Below are positions 62,928-64,000 of a DNA stretch of 64,000 nucleotides, piece by piece (position 1 is the stretch's first letter; every line of letters starts with the position of its first letter). Where the stretch lies: NCBI GenBank assembly GCA_032718475.1, contig JAUCBJ010002551.1, forward strand, positions 1 to 64,000. The letters run 5' to 3'. The notes below the pieces were generated by a model, which made no database searches, was not told the DNA's origin, and worked only from the letters and a program-made list of their open reading frames with translations. Origin of the DNA: Nemertoderma westbladi. Its lineage: Eukaryota > Animalia > Xenacoelomorpha. The position numbers were made by a program, and so were the translations under genes.

Positions 62928-63969
62928 GGATGTAGGACAATTCGGTCCCGAACAATTCGGTCCCGGACAATTCGGTCCCGGACAATTCGGTCCCGGACAA
63001 TTTGGTCCCGGACAATTCGGTCTGGACAATTCGGTCCCGGAGAATTCGGTCCCGGACAATTCGGTCCCAAAACACTATATAAATGGGACCGAATTATCCT
63101 AGGACCGAATTGTCCTAGGACCGAATTGTCCTAGGACCGAATTGTCCGGGACCGAATTGTCCGGTTCCTGATTGCAACTTTTTAGTGCTTTTTTGATATT
63201 TGTGAATGTTCTAGAACATTAGTAGAGATATTTATTATGGTAGCTAGAGTTATATACTTGCTAGAATTTTTTGAACTTCTAAAAATACTGTATTTTTATT
63301 ATTATTGTTATTGGTAAGTGTTCGAGAACATTATTATATATTATTTATTAAGATGTAGCTAGTGTTTTTTTTACTAGCTAGCATTTCCTTGAAATTATAA
63401 AAACACTTGTGAAAACATTGATATTTCAGAATTAGGCCTAACTGTTGCTGATTATATTAATTACCAACAATATTGATGATATTATAACAGTCCCTGAATG
63501 AGATCCAGCTATTATCTATGATAATAATTTAGGCTTGTTCCAACCCACAACACATACAGTATACTTACGCAATATATTAAAAAAATCAGCTTTAAACATT
63601 TTAAATACATACTATTACTAGCTAGTAAATAATTCACAAGCTCCAAAAAAACACCATAGCTACCAAAACTAATAATGTTAGCAAAAAAAAGTAAAATGTT
63701 TTTTATTTTCAAAAAAATACTAGCTAGTAAAAAAAACACTAGCTACCATATAATAATATATATTAAGGTTCTAGAACATTCACCATTATATAGTACCAAT
63801 TAAATTTGGTCCAGGACAATTCTGTCCCGGACAATTCGGTCCCAAAACACAAAATTAATGGGACCGAATTTTCCGGGACCGAATTGTCCGGGACCGAATT
63901 GTCCCGAGCGAATTGTCCGGGACCGAATTGTCCGGAGCGAATTGTCCAGGACCGAATTGTCCTGCTTCC
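62928..63969. mobile_element. ~1-kb non-autonomous element with 15-bp tandem repeats forming a hairpin at each end
   Basis: Outer TIR GGATGTAGGACAATTCGGTCC vs GGAAGCAGGACAATTCGGTCC (reverse complement of the right end). Each end is (GGACAATTCGGTCCC)n-spacer-(GGGACCGAATTGTCC)n. The AT-rich core is also imperfectly palindromic. Confidence 0.75.
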
Positions 63970-64000
63970 ATGTGCACAGAGTAGGTATGTGTGATGGGCC

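Noticed and set aside
62822-63134. Collagen-like or pentapeptide ORFs (GPGQF / GPNCP repeats)
   Set aside because: These are translations of the 15-bp terminal repeats of a non-autonomous element.

Overview
This is eukaryotic, AT-rich, transposon-dense DNA, most likely from an invertebrate animal. It holds two host genes. The first is an intronless eIF2-beta (2182-3090, +). The second is a secreted S1 serine protease on the + strand, of which five coding exons (8254-37949) splice into one open 209-codon frame; I could not find the last exon (GDSGGP) in the window. Intron 3 of the protease is almost entirely a ~22.8 kb array of a 57-bp repeat (~400 units) that starts exactly at the GT donor, so each unit re-creates GTAAGT. 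After exon 5 is a nested retroelement cluster. It includes a Ty3/Gypsy element with a clear -1 frameshift signal and an FRDD RT motif. It also includes a large degenerate BEL/Pao element followed by an extra ORF encoding a DEDDy-like 3'-5' exonuclease plus CCHC knuckles. Inside the BEL element are a 5'-truncated CRE-like (RLE) non-LTR element with a ~1.5 kb in-frame minisatellite in its RT and a 5'-truncated RTE-like LINE. Several non-autonomous DNA elements are also present: piggyBac-like, foldback, and a CA-targeting family with recombinase-site-like ends. All calls come from reading the sequence; no database searches were run.
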